Assembly: GCA_964495565.1 (NCBI GenBank)
Contig: CAZBWQ010000004.1
Coordinates: 1,703 to 65,702 of the forward strand
DNA from: an uncultured Sandaracinaceae bacterium
GTDB lineage: Bacteria; Myxococcota_A; Polyangia; Polyangiales; Houyiibacteriaceae
Length of the DNA: 64,000 nt
Direction: 5' to 3'
Position numbers and translations under genes: made by a program
Shown: positions 53,409-63,411 of the stretch, piece by piece
Layout of the letters: every line of letters starts with the position of its first letter
How positions within the stretch are numbered: position 1 is the stretch's first letter
The notes under the pieces: generated by a model
Database searches by the model: none
Seen by the model: only the letters and a program-made list of their open reading frames with translations
What the model was told of the DNA's origin: nothing

Positions 53409-53464
53409 TACGACCCACACCGCGAAAACCGAGGCGCTGGTGGATTTTCGCGGTGTGGGTCGTA
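53409..53464. repeat. Perfect 20-bp inverted repeat (TACGACCCACACCGCGAAAA / TTTTCGCGGTGTGGGTCGTA) with 16-nt spacer
   Basis: Read directly from the sequence. It is intergenic, 12 nt after the CheR-like stop and 32-56 nt before the next start. It shares an 18-mer with 6876..6893. Confidence 0.8.
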
Positions 53465-53519
53465 GGCATCTGAAATCACGCGGCTTCTGAAAGGGGTGCG
53501 TGTCCCCTATACTCAGCGC

Positions 53520-54122
53520 ATGCGTACATGGGTGTTGGTTTTGGTGGGGGTTTGGGCCGGGGCCGGGAGCGCGCTCGCGGAGCCGACGGCCGGCGAAGAA
53601 GAGGCGTCGCGCGCCGAGACGGTCGAGCCGGCGGCCGAGTACCCCGCGCTCACGCGCGGGCGGGTCGTCGTGGTGAACGCACAGCGTCTGGTGGTCGCGC
53701 AGGAGCCAAAGCCATTGGCGACCCTCGACGAAGCCCCGCCCGAGCCGGTAGAGAAGTCTGGTGATCAGCCGCCAGCCCCCTGCGAGGGAGCGATCTGGGT
53801 CGCCGGCCATTGGGTGTACGGCGCAAGCGGCTTCGCCTGGGTGGCCGGACGCTACGTCGCGCCACGGCGCGGGCACGTCTTCGTACCGCCTCGCTGGGCA
53901 TTTCTCGAGGACCAGTACTTCTACTTCACGGGGTTCTACGTCCCGTACGGTGTCTACGTTCGAAGCCACTTCAATCGCTACTACTACAGTGGCACGCCCG
54001 ATGAGCGCACCCGCGGTGCCCACGGGCCGTACTGGCCGATCGGCGCGCCCGCGACGGCGTCGACCGCGCGAGCGAGCGTACGCGCCCGGGATCCCTACTG
54101 GCCGATCGGCGCGGGCCGGTGA
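53520..54122 (+). CDS. Secreted protein with WxxGxW-type repeats (YXWGXW-like)
   Basis: Signal peptide WVLVLVGVWAGAGSALA. WVAGHWVY and FAWVAGRYV repeats. Duplicated PYWPIGA motif at the C-terminus. Confidence 0.5.
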   Translation: MRTWVLVLVGVWAGAGSALAEPTAGEEEASRAETVEPAAEYPALTRGRVVVVNAQRLVVAQEPKPLATLDEAPPEPVEKSGDQPPAPCEGAIWVAGHWVYGASGFAWVAGRYVAPRRGHVFVPPRWAFLEDQYFYFTGFYVPYGVYVRSHFNRYYYSGTPDERTRGAHGPYWPIGAPATASTARASVRARDPYWPIGAGR

Positions 54123-54184
54123 GCTCGCTCTCGGCCTTGACTTCGAGCGGCCGTTCACCAGTCTTTGCGTCGGGAGTCTCCTCG

Positions 54185-54997
54185 ATGGGTGTATCCATAG
54201 AAAAGTTGCGGCGCCTCGTCATTCTTGCATGCGGCGCATGGCTCGTGGTTGCCACCCTCGGGTGCAAAGCCGATCAACTCACCGATCGCGGCACCGAGAT
54301 CGTGTTGTTGTACGATGAGCCACCAGGCTGTGAGAACCTCGGGGTCGTCATCGGACGTGGTGGCGGGCTCTCGGGCGCCTACTCGAAGCCGAGCGTCAAC
54401 AGGCTGTCCGCCGAAAACGATGCGCGAAACCAGGCCGCCGAACGCGGTGCGACCCATCTCTTGCTGCACCCCGAAGAGGTCGCACAGGGTGACGGAAGGG
54501 GACCCGACTACCAAGACACCACGCCCGCGATGGCGCACGGGAGTGGGACCGGCTCGACGGTGACGGTCGCCGGCACGGCCTACAAGTGTCCTCCCGGCAT
54601 GCGTGTCCCCACGGGCGCGATGGAGGTTCAGACCGGGACCGTCTTCGTCGAACGCGAGGAACCGACCTCGATTTCGGTTGCACCGCTCGGCGAGCTGCGG
54701 TCCATCACCGTGTTTCGCAAGGTGCCGCTCGAGTCTGGAGCGGGCATGGAAGACGTGGAGCTGCGTCGCATCGAGGACCCGGAGCAGATTCAGCGGGTCG
54801 TCGGCTCACTGCAACGCGTGGTGCCAGACCCACTCAAGTACATTCCCACGCATCGGGTGGAGCTCGTCGGAGAGCTGGGCAGCCAATCGTTCCTCTACGG
54901 CTTCGGATACCTTCAGTACGCAGGCGAGGTGTACCGGCTCACCGACGGCGATTTCGAAAGTGTGCTCGGGCTCAGGGAGGATCCAAAGGTCGAGTGA
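54185..54997 (+). CDS. Lipoprotein with DUF4156-like N-terminal domain
   Basis: Lipobox VVATLGC at ATG 54185. CENLGVVIGRGGG...NDARNQAAERGATHLLL resembles DUF4156 (from memory). Confidence 0.5.
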   Translation: MGVSIEKLRRLVILACGAWLVVATLGCKADQLTDRGTEIVLLYDEPPGCENLGVVIGRGGGLSGAYSKPSVNRLSAENDARNQAAERGATHLLLHPEEVAQGDGRGPDYQDTTPAMAHGSGTGSTVTVAGTAYKCPPGMRVPTGAMEVQTGTVFVEREEPTSISVAPLGELRSITVFRKVPLESGAGMEDVELRRIEDPEQIQRVVGSLQRVVPDPLKYIPTHRVELVGELGSQSFLYGFGYLQYAGEVYRLTDGDFESVLGLREDPKVE

Positions 54998-55997
54998 TCC
55001 GGCTGATGAACCTCTTGAGGTGACGAGTCGTCGCCGGGAAGTGAGGCACGAAGCCCATGTGGCTCGTGGGATACCAATGAATCTCGGGCCTCCCCCAGCG
55101 CCTCCACATCGCCTCGAGGACGGTTGGATCGAAAAATCGATCGTACTCGGCACCGAACAAGAGGACGCGGTCCTCGGAGAGGACGGGCGTGAGGTCGTTC
55201 CACCCGATCTCGTCGAAGAATTCGCCGAACTCTCGCGGCGTCCAACCGAACTTCGCGAGATCCTTTCGCATGGCGGCCAGCACCGGCGCATCCCGCAAGA
55301 GCGCGCCCATGTCCATGTGCGCGATGAAGGGCACGGCAAAGGCGAAGCGAGGCTCGAGACACGCAAGCGCTGCCGAGAATGCCCCCCCGAGCGACAGCCC
55401 GGCCACGCCCACCGGGGTAGGGGACTCTTCGAGCATCACCGAGAGCAACGTGCGCGCATCGAGGATGGTTTGCCGCATCGCTTCGAAGCTACGCACCACG
55501 TCGGCAGTCCAGAAACGCTCTCCGTCGTAGGGAGAGCTTCGGGGCTTCCGGCGCCCGTGATACGGCGGCTGCATCTGAACGATCTCCACATGCATGGCGC
55601 GCGCCATCGCACTGAGCAGGGTCAGCTCTTCGATCACGGTTTCGGGCTGCATGTATCCGTGGATGTACAGCACCCTCGGCCTCGCTTCGGCCCCCGCAGG
55701 TTTGATTCGCCGGGCGTAGACCGTGTGGATCCGGCGCGTCCGCTCGTGGTAGTGCTCGCGAAAAGAGCGTTCGATCGGATCGTGCAGCGAGCCGAACCAA
55801 ATGTCCTCGTTCTCGAATCCAGGGAGAGCGAGCCGTTTCCGCCTGCGTATGCGCGGAATGGCATGCGGCGCCGGGAACAGCTCCTCGCGGGAGCGTCCCA
55901 CGTAAGCGTCCAACCGTGCGATCGTGTTTCGCGGTCGCGATCGAAAGACCTGCAACGGACGAACCAGCATGCCGGCGAGGTCATCGAGATGGGGCAA
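54972..55997 (-). CDS. Alpha/beta-hydrolase
   Basis: GLSLGG is the GxSxG nucleophile elbow, and there is a late His (TSHMGF). The start is ATG 55997 or 55970. The 3' end overlaps the convergent gene by 26 nt. Confidence 0.7.
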   Translation of the reverse strand: MPHLDDLAGMLVRPLQVFRSRPRNTIARLDAYVGRSREELFPAPHAIPRIRRRKRLALPGFENEDIWFGSLHDPIERSFREHYHERTRRIHTVYARRIKPAGAEARPRVLYIHGYMQPETVIEELTLLSAMARAMHVEIVQMQPPYHGRRKPRSSPYDGERFWTADVVRSFEAMRQTILDARTLLSVMLEESPTPVGVAGLSLGGAFSAALACLEPRFAFAVPFIAHMDMGALLRDAPVLAAMRKDLAKFGWTPREFGEFFDEIGWNDLTPVLSEDRVLLFGAEYDRFFDPTVLEAMWRRWGRPEIHWYPTSHMGFVPHFPATTRHLKRFISRITRPLDPP

Positions 55998-56973
55998 TCA
56001 ACCCCTCCTCGACCAGCCAGTCGAAGTTGTCCTCGACCGCTTCCGGCATCGACCGAATGCGATACCCGAGCTCCCGAATGGCCTTGTCGCTTCGAAAGCT
56101 CGTGCCGCGCTCGCTCGTCATGGTGGCGATTTCGGGCGTGATGGGAGGCTCCTTCCCAGTGATCGACGCGAGCATGACGGCCACCCTCGCGAACGTCTTG
56201 AGCAACCAAGGCGGCGCGGTCTTGGGACCGTCGACTCCGAGCAGGCGTGCAACTTCTCCGACGAGGTCGACGATCTCCACGTCGTCACTCGCCAAGATGT
56301 AGCGCTCGCCGTTGCGTCCGCGCGTCACGGCCGCCAGGTGCGCCGCGACGACGTCGTGTACGTGCGAAATGGTCACGATCCCGGGCGAGGCGAACGGCAG
56401 CGCTTTGTCGCGCAGCAGGAAAAAAAGCTCGCCCCAGGTATTCGTGTCGTAAGGACCCGCCACCCCTCCCGGGTTCAAGACGACCACCTTCATGCCGCGA
56501 TCCACCGCGGCGAGGGCCTCGAGCTCGCCGCGGTGCTTCGAACGCTCGTAGTTGATCCAGGAGCTTTGGCCCTCGAGCGGCGTCTCTTCGGTGATCACGC
56601 CCTCGACGCGACCCCACGCCGAGACGCTGGAGGTATGAATGAACGTGCTCACGCCCTTCGCGACCGACGCATCGACGAGATTGCGCGTTCCCTCGATGTT
56701 GATGGCATCTTGCTGCGCGTTGCGCTTGGACCAGAAATTCGTGTCGCCAGCCACGTGAAAGACGACGTCCGTTCCTTCGGGGATCGCGCGTGCCAGCGAC
56801 GCTCGGTCGGTCAACGCGCCTTCGGCTAGAGTCACCGGAAAGCGCTTCAGGTACTCGAGGTTCGACGTCGGGCGATGCAGCGCGGTCACCTGCCATCCCT
56901 CGTTCACGAGAAGCTCGATGAGATTGATGCCGATGAACCCGGTGCCGCCGGTGACGAATGCCTTGTTGGTCAT
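55981..56973 (-). CDS. Extended-SDR NAD(P)-dependent epimerase/reductase (dihydroflavonol-reductase-like)
   Basis: FVTGGTGFIGINL and YERSKHRGE (YxxxK). Confidence 0.85.
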   Translation of the reverse strand: MTNKAFVTGGTGFIGINLIELLVNEGWQVTALHRPTSNLEYLKRFPVTLAEGALTDRASLARAIPEGTDVVFHVAGDTNFWSKRNAQQDAINIEGTRNLVDASVAKGVSTFIHTSSVSAWGRVEGVITEETPLEGQSSWINYERSKHRGELEALAAVDRGMKVVVLNPGGVAGPYDTNTWGELFFLLRDKALPFASPGIVTISHVHDVVAAHLAAVTRGRNGERYILASDDVEIVDLVGEVARLLGVDGPKTAPPWLLKTFARVAVMLASITGKEPPITPEIATMTSERGTSFRSDKAIRELGYRIRSMPEAVEDNFDWLVEEGLIAPSR

Positions 56974-57062
56974 GGGCGTATGCCTTCGAAAGGCCCGGTT
57001 AGTCTTGGGCGATGAATGTGGGTGTCAACTACCCGAAGGTCGCGTAGTCTCCGATTCGTTCC

Positions 57063-57938
57063 ATGGGCATCTCCATCGCACAGTGGCGGGAACGGGGGCA
57101 CCGGTCTCGACTCTTGGGGCACGAGATCTTCTTCGTCGATTCGGGAGAGCTCGATAAGCCCACGCTCCTCTTGATCCACGGGTTTCCCACCTCCTCGTGG
57201 GATTGGACGCCCGTCTGGAACGAGCTGCGAACGACACATCGCTTGGTGGCTCTCGACCTCCTCGGCTTCGGCTTCAGCGACAAGCCAAATCCCCACGAGT
57301 ACAGCATCATGGAGCAGGCTGATTTGTGCGAAACCCTCCTTCGCGATCGAAAGATCGAGTGGCTCGACGTGCTAGCCCACGACTATGGCGACACGGTCGC
57401 CCAAGAGCTCTTGGCGCGACAAAACGAAGGCAGCGGCGTGGGCCGCTGGCGATCGGTTTGCTTTCTCAACGGCGGGCTCTTCCCCGAGACACACCAGGCG
57501 CGCTTGATCCAGAAGCTCTTGCTGAGCCCGCTCGGTCCGCTCGTCGGAAGGCTTTCGACCAAACGCACGTTCGACAGATCCTTCAGCGCGGTCTTCGGGC
57601 CCGAGACCAAACCCTCCCGCGAGGATCTCGACGCCTTCTGGGAGCTGATCAACCACGGCGATGGAAAGCACGTATTTCACAACTTGATCACCTACATGAA
57701 CGACCGGAAGCGACATCGAGACCGCTGGGTACGCGCATTGCGGCAAAGCGTGGTTCCGATCGGACTGATCAACGGGTCGGTGGATCCGGTGTCCGGCGCC
57801 CACATGGTGGCGCGATATCGCGAAGTGGTGAGCCCCGATCATTTCATCGTCGAGCTTCCGAAGGTCGGTCACTATCCGCAGGTCGAAGCACCCGACGAGG
57901 TCGTCCGGGCCTACTCTCGATTTCTCGACCAGAGCTAG
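57063..57938 (+). CDS. Alpha/beta-hydrolase of the epoxide-hydrolase/dehalogenase (Asp-nucleophile) type
   Basis: LLIHGFPTSSWDW (HGxP oxyanion motif), LAHDYGD (Asp at the nucleophile elbow) and GHYPQVE (catalytic His). Confidence 0.8.
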   Translation: MGISIAQWRERGHRSRLLGHEIFFVDSGELDKPTLLLIHGFPTSSWDWTPVWNELRTTHRLVALDLLGFGFSDKPNPHEYSIMEQADLCETLLRDRKIEWLDVLAHDYGDTVAQELLARQNEGSGVGRWRSVCFLNGGLFPETHQARLIQKLLLSPLGPLVGRLSTKRTFDRSFSAVFGPETKPSREDLDAFWELINHGDGKHVFHNLITYMNDRKRHRDRWVRALRQSVVPIGLINGSVDPVSGAHMVARYREVVSPDHFIVELPKVGHYPQVEAPDEVVRAYSRFLDQS

Positions 57939-60412
57939 TTGCCTACGGCGAGGCGGATGCGCGCGTATCCGGAGCGGGTGTCTTCCCAAACGGCCAAGGT
58001 TCGATTGCCGAGCACGGCGATCCTCGGGCCATACGAGTGAGATCCGGTGCCCGCGTCATCGACTCGTGCGCTCGCGCCAAACGGTGCCTCCGCGCCCGCC
58101 GCCTGCGCAAATCGGATGGTGTTCGTCACGTCGCGCAGGTCTTGCCACGCCACCAGGATCTCTCCCGAGGAACCCACCGCGAGCGACGGTCTCCAAGCAT
58201 CGATCCCTTCGGGAGCGTCGTCGGCGCGCACCGCTTCGCCTTCCCGCCAGACGCGAGCTCGGCTTTCGTAGCGACGATCCTGACGCTCGGTCCACGCCAC
58301 CACGGGATCTCCGCCAGAAGTGATCGCGAGCGCGACATCACCGTGGATCCGTTCGGCTTCGACCGGATCGCCGCCCGACACGGGAACCACGGTTTTGGCG
58401 ACCGGATTGATTCGGGTCGCCGGGGCGAACGTGGTGCCGCCATCCACGCTGCTCGCAAGATAGACGTCCCAGCTGAATTCTCGGAAGTCCGAAAAAGCGA
58501 CGTGCACGGCATCGCCTCGCGCGACGACGCGGACGAATGACGCGTCTCCGCGTGGATTGTCGACGATGGCATTCGAGGGATCCACCTGAAGCTCCTCCCA
58601 GCTTCGTCCATCGGCGCTTCTCGCGATCCAGGGCTTGGGTCTCCCACCGCTCCGTAGATCGAGCCAGGTCACGAAGAAGTCGCCAGATGCCGGGTCGATG
58701 GCGACGTCAGGCTCCCAGGCGGGTGCCGCCTCGGGGTCGGTCAGCTCGGTTCGTTGCCAACGCCCATCGATCCGCGTCATGGCAACTACCTTCGGAGCGT
58801 CTGGCGTGGTTTCTTCTTCCCAGACCAGGGCGATGCGATCTCCGGCCACCGCGACGCGGGGCAAACGTTGGACGGCTCCTTCCACGCTCAGTCCTTCCAC
58901 CTCCGTGAAGACGCTCGTGTCGGTCGTGAGCACCGCCCGCACCGACTCCTCGCCGGGCGCGCCCTCCATCCACGCCACGATGGCGGTCGACGAATCCACG
59001 CCCAGGGCAGGAAACCTCTGATGGCTCTCTGGCGCCCGCGGCTCTGCGATCACCATGCTGCTTCCGAGGCTCTGCGGCTCGCCGTCTCCGGTCGACGGAA
59101 CGCGTCCGTCCCGGGGGAGCGAAAGATCGGCTGCGATCACCTCTCCGGCGTACGCATCCTCGAGGGGATCACCGCTTCCTGGCAGCATACGCTCGCCCCG
59201 ATCCCGCAGCACCGCGCGCCGCTCTTCGAGCGACAGAGGAGGGCCCGGGTCCTCGATCACCCAAGGCTCGACCGTCAGCAGCCCGTGGTACGGATTCTGG
59301 CCGATGAACGAGTGGAGCGGATCCTGCGGGTCGCTCGACTTCGTCACGTGCGACTGGCAGTCGAAGACGAGCTCGAGGAGGTTTCCTTTGATGCACGGTG
59401 TGACCGTATGACGAAACGAGCCGTGCCGTTGCGTGTGCGCCCATGCGGACTGGCGGACGATGTCGGGAAGCCAGTCACCCTCGTACTCTTCGACGCCCCA
59501 GCCGGAGAACGCCTCGGGCTGCAGCATCAAGTCCGCACCGAGCGCGTCGAGACGATGGAGCAGCCCCGGCATCCATGCATCTTTCGAGATCACCATTCCC
59601 GACCTGGCGAAGGGAAGCGGCACTGGGCGAGCGCGCGTCAAGGGCCCGTGCGTGAGGTCCAACAAGTCCTCTTCCGCGGGAACCAAGTAGCTCTTTGCGA
59701 TGCGGGTCATCTCGCGGCCGTCGGGACCCAAGTAGATTCCCCAGTTGTAGGCCGCTCCCTCGGTCGCGACGTACACGCCCGTGACCGATTCCAAGTCGGG
59801 ATCGGCGAGCTCGGCGACCTCACTCGGATCCTCACTGAACGCCGCAGGCGCGAAGTCCGATGAGACGGCTACGTAGACTCCGTAACGCTCCGCAATTGCA
59901 GGAAACGTCTGAAAAGCGCGAACGAGCGTGTCGGTGACGCCGAGCACCAGCCGTTCATTGAAGCTCGATTCGGGAAAACGCTCACCGTAGAAGCGAATCG
60001 GCCCCGCGTAGGTTTCGAACAACGACAAAAAGGCGGGGATCGTTTCCGACGTCTGCCTGCCTAGGGCGCCCCTCGATCCGATGAATGCACCGGCGAGGCT
60101 GGCGTTCTCCGGAAACACCAATAGATTCGGCTTGTCGTCGGCGAGACAGGGGAGAACCTGGGTCCGAACCACCTCGTCCCAGGCCGTGCAAAACGACGCG
60201 TAGCTCTCCATTTCCGAGTATCGAATGACGGGCCCGATCGCGAAGACCCGCACCGTATCCCCGTCGCCCGCGATTTCGATCCCACAGCTCGCCGGAACCT
60301 CGACCGGCTCCATCACGCCGAACTGCTCGCAGGCACCACGCGAAAACGTCTGGCCCGAGTCTTCTTGGCAGCCGCACAGGAGAACCGCGATCAGAAATGC
60401 CTTCCACCTCAT
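57935..60412 (-). CDS. Lipoprotein: N-terminal nitrilase-superfamily (CN-hydrolase)-like domain fused to a C-terminal BNR/Asp-box beta-propeller-like region
   Basis: Lipobox LLCGC. LLVFPE (Glu), RIAKSYL (Lys) and MVISKDAWMP (Ser where the Cys is expected). Asp-boxes SADGRSW and SVDGGTTF. Confidence 0.6.
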   Translation of the reverse strand: MRWKAFLIAVLLCGCQEDSGQTFSRGACEQFGVMEPVEVPASCGIEIAGDGDTVRVFAIGPVIRYSEMESYASFCTAWDEVVRTQVLPCLADDKPNLLVFPENASLAGAFIGSRGALGRQTSETIPAFLSLFETYAGPIRFYGERFPESSFNERLVLGVTDTLVRAFQTFPAIAERYGVYVAVSSDFAPAAFSEDPSEVAELADPDLESVTGVYVATEGAAYNWGIYLGPDGREMTRIAKSYLVPAEEDLLDLTHGPLTRARPVPLPFARSGMVISKDAWMPGLLHRLDALGADLMLQPEAFSGWGVEEYEGDWLPDIVRQSAWAHTQRHGSFRHTVTPCIKGNLLELVFDCQSHVTKSSDPQDPLHSFIGQNPYHGLLTVEPWVIEDPGPPLSLEERRAVLRDRGERMLPGSGDPLEDAYAGEVIAADLSLPRDGRVPSTGDGEPQSLGSSMVIAEPRAPESHQRFPALGVDSSTAIVAWMEGAPGEESVRAVLTTDTSVFTEVEGLSVEGAVQRLPRVAVAGDRIALVWEEETTPDAPKVVAMTRIDGRWQRTELTDPEAAPAWEPDVAIDPASGDFFVTWLDLRSGGRPKPWIARSADGRSWEELQVDPSNAIVDNPRGDASFVRVVARGDAVHVAFSDFREFSWDVYLASSVDGGTTFAPATRINPVAKTVVPVSGGDPVEAERIHGDVALAITSGGDPVVAWTERQDRRYESRARVWREGEAVRADDAPEGIDAWRPSLAVGSSGEILVAWQDLRDVTNTIRFAQAAGAEAPFGASARVDDAGTGSHSYGPRIAVLGNRTLAVWEDTRSGYARIRLAVGN

Positions 60413-60495
60413 CGGCGGCAGTCTAGATCCGCTCCCGCGATTGTCGCGAATGTTTTCTGTTGGCAGGCCATCGACGATCGCCTCAAGATCCGCCC

Positions 60496-61710
<1,215 letters not shown>

Positions 61711-61721
61711 GTCGCGGCTCG

Positions 61722-62834
61722 TCAACCAATTTCGGTGGAAGCCGTCGCTGCGTCTTCGGCATCGACCCGCGACGATTCGAGCCAGTCCATGAACAGGGTG
61801 TATCCAATCGAAAGCACCACGGCCCCGACGAAGAGCCCGAGGATGCCGGATGAGATGAAGCCGCCGAGAGAGCCCAAGAACAAAACCAACATCGGAACGG
61901 TCGATCCTCGACCCATCAACAGCGGCTTCAGCACGTTGTCGCTCGCGCCGATCAAGACGGCCCAAATCGCGAAGAACACGCCCTCGAGGGTCGAACCGGT
62001 GGAGAACACGTAAATCGCGATGGGCAAAAGCACGATGAAAGTCGGCAGCTGCATCACCGCGAGCAGCAAGATCAGCAAGGCCCAGAGCCCGGCGGCCGGC
62101 ACCCCGACAATGAGCATTCCCATCCCACCCAAGAAAGCCTGAATCACGGCGACGCCGATGACGCCACGAGTCACTCCTTGCACGCTGGAACCGACCAGGG
62201 CGGCGAGCTTCGGTCCGCGCTCCCCGGCCACGATCGACGCGGCCCTTTCCGCCACCACCGCGCCACGTCGACCGTAGGGCAAGAGCACGCCGGCGATCAC
62301 GATCGCGACCACGAACATGAGCAGTCCGCGGCCGAGGTCCCCGACGGTCGACACCAGCCACAGGCCGGCGCTCTTGAGGTAAGGCGTCAGCTTCATGAGA
62401 GCCGCCTCGAGGTTCTGGGACGCAGCCAACCACCCGTCGTAGAGGCGCTCCCCGATCACGGGCCAGGTCGAAACACGCTCCGGAGGCGGAGGGACCTTCA
62501 GCTCGTGTCTCGCAAAGTCTCCCGACAGCTCGACCGCCGTCTCTGCGAGGTTCGCGCCGAGGATGATCGTCGGGACGACGAGCGCGAGCAGCCCGACCGC
62601 CGTGAGCAGGGCGGCTGCTACCCGAGGCCGGTCACCGAGCGCCCGGCTCAGTCGGACGTAGGGCGTCTGGACGGAAATGGCGATCACGATTGCGCCCACG
62701 ATCGGCCCGACGAACGGGCTGACGATCAGAAAGCACCAAAACGCGAGCAGCGCCAGCAAGCTCAACCGAATCACGGCCTGCGTCACTCGTCGCTGCCACT
62801 CCCGGTCCGCCGTCGTCGGAGCCTGCTCGCTCAT
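61722..62834 (-). CDS. AI-2E family transporter (PerM-like permease)
   Basis: In-frame ATG 62834 of track ORF 61722..62942. About 8 TM spans, and LIGASDNVLKPLLMG is a family motif. Confidence 0.8.
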   Translation of the reverse strand: MSEQAPTTADREWQRRVTQAVIRLSLLALLAFWCFLIVSPFVGPIVGAIVIAISVQTPYVRLSRALGDRPRVAAALLTAVGLLALVVPTIILGANLAETAVELSGDFARHELKVPPPPERVSTWPVIGERLYDGWLAASQNLEAALMKLTPYLKSAGLWLVSTVGDLGRGLLMFVVAIVIAGVLLPYGRRGAVVAERAASIVAGERGPKLAALVGSSVQGVTRGVIGVAVIQAFLGGMGMLIVGVPAAGLWALLILLLAVMQLPTFIVLLPIAIYVFSTGSTLEGVFFAIWAVLIGASDNVLKPLLMGRGSTVPMLVLFLGSLGGFISSGILGLFVGAVVLSIGYTLFMDWLESSRVDAEDAATASTEIG

Positions 62835-62907
62835 GAGCGCCTCTTCTGCTGGATTCTCGGGGACGGGTAGCGCATGCCTGGAAGTATGGCATGGTCGTTG
62901 CTCAGTC

Positions 62908-63396
62908 ATGAGCAACAAAGTCACAGCAAACAAGGTCGTCACACTCTCCTACACGCTCCGTGACGACGAAGGCGAAGTCATCGATCGGTCGGACGCTGGA
63001 AGTCCGCTCCTCTATTTGCACGGGGCGCGCAACATCGTGCCCGGGCTCGAGGAGCAGCTCGAGGGAGTAGCCGAGGGCGAGACGATCAAAGCGACGGTAC
63101 CCCCCGAAAAGGGCTACGGACCCCGGGTCGGAGAATCCCACGAAGTCCCGAAGCACCTCTTCCCTGCCGATGCGCAGCTCGCGGCGGGCATGCAGGTGGT
63201 GGCCCATGACGATCAGGGGCGGCAGATTCCTTTCTTCATCACCGGCATCGGCGAGGAAACGGTCACCATCGATCCCAATCACCCCCTGGCTGGCGAGACG
63301 CTGCATTTCGAGGTGAAGGTCGAGTCGCTCCGCGATGCCACCGAGGAAGAGATCGAGCACGGCCATCCTCATGGCCCTGGCGGCCACGCTCATTGA
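62908..63396 (+). CDS. slyD: FKBP-type peptidyl-prolyl cis-trans isomerase SlyD
   Basis: In-frame ATG 62908 of track ORF 62677..63396. VVTLSYTLRDDEGEVID...YLHG...PGLEEQLEG...NHPLAGETLHFEVKV...ATEEEIEHGH is collinear with E. coli SlyD. Short His-rich tail. Confidence 0.9.
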   Translation: MSNKVTANKVVTLSYTLRDDEGEVIDRSDAGSPLLYLHGARNIVPGLEEQLEGVAEGETIKATVPPEKGYGPRVGESHEVPKHLFPADAQLAAGMQVVAHDDQGRQIPFFITGIGEETVTIDPNHPLAGETLHFEVKVESLRDATEEEIEHGHPHGPGGHAH

Positions 63397-63411
63397 GCCG
63401 CCCGCGTCGCG

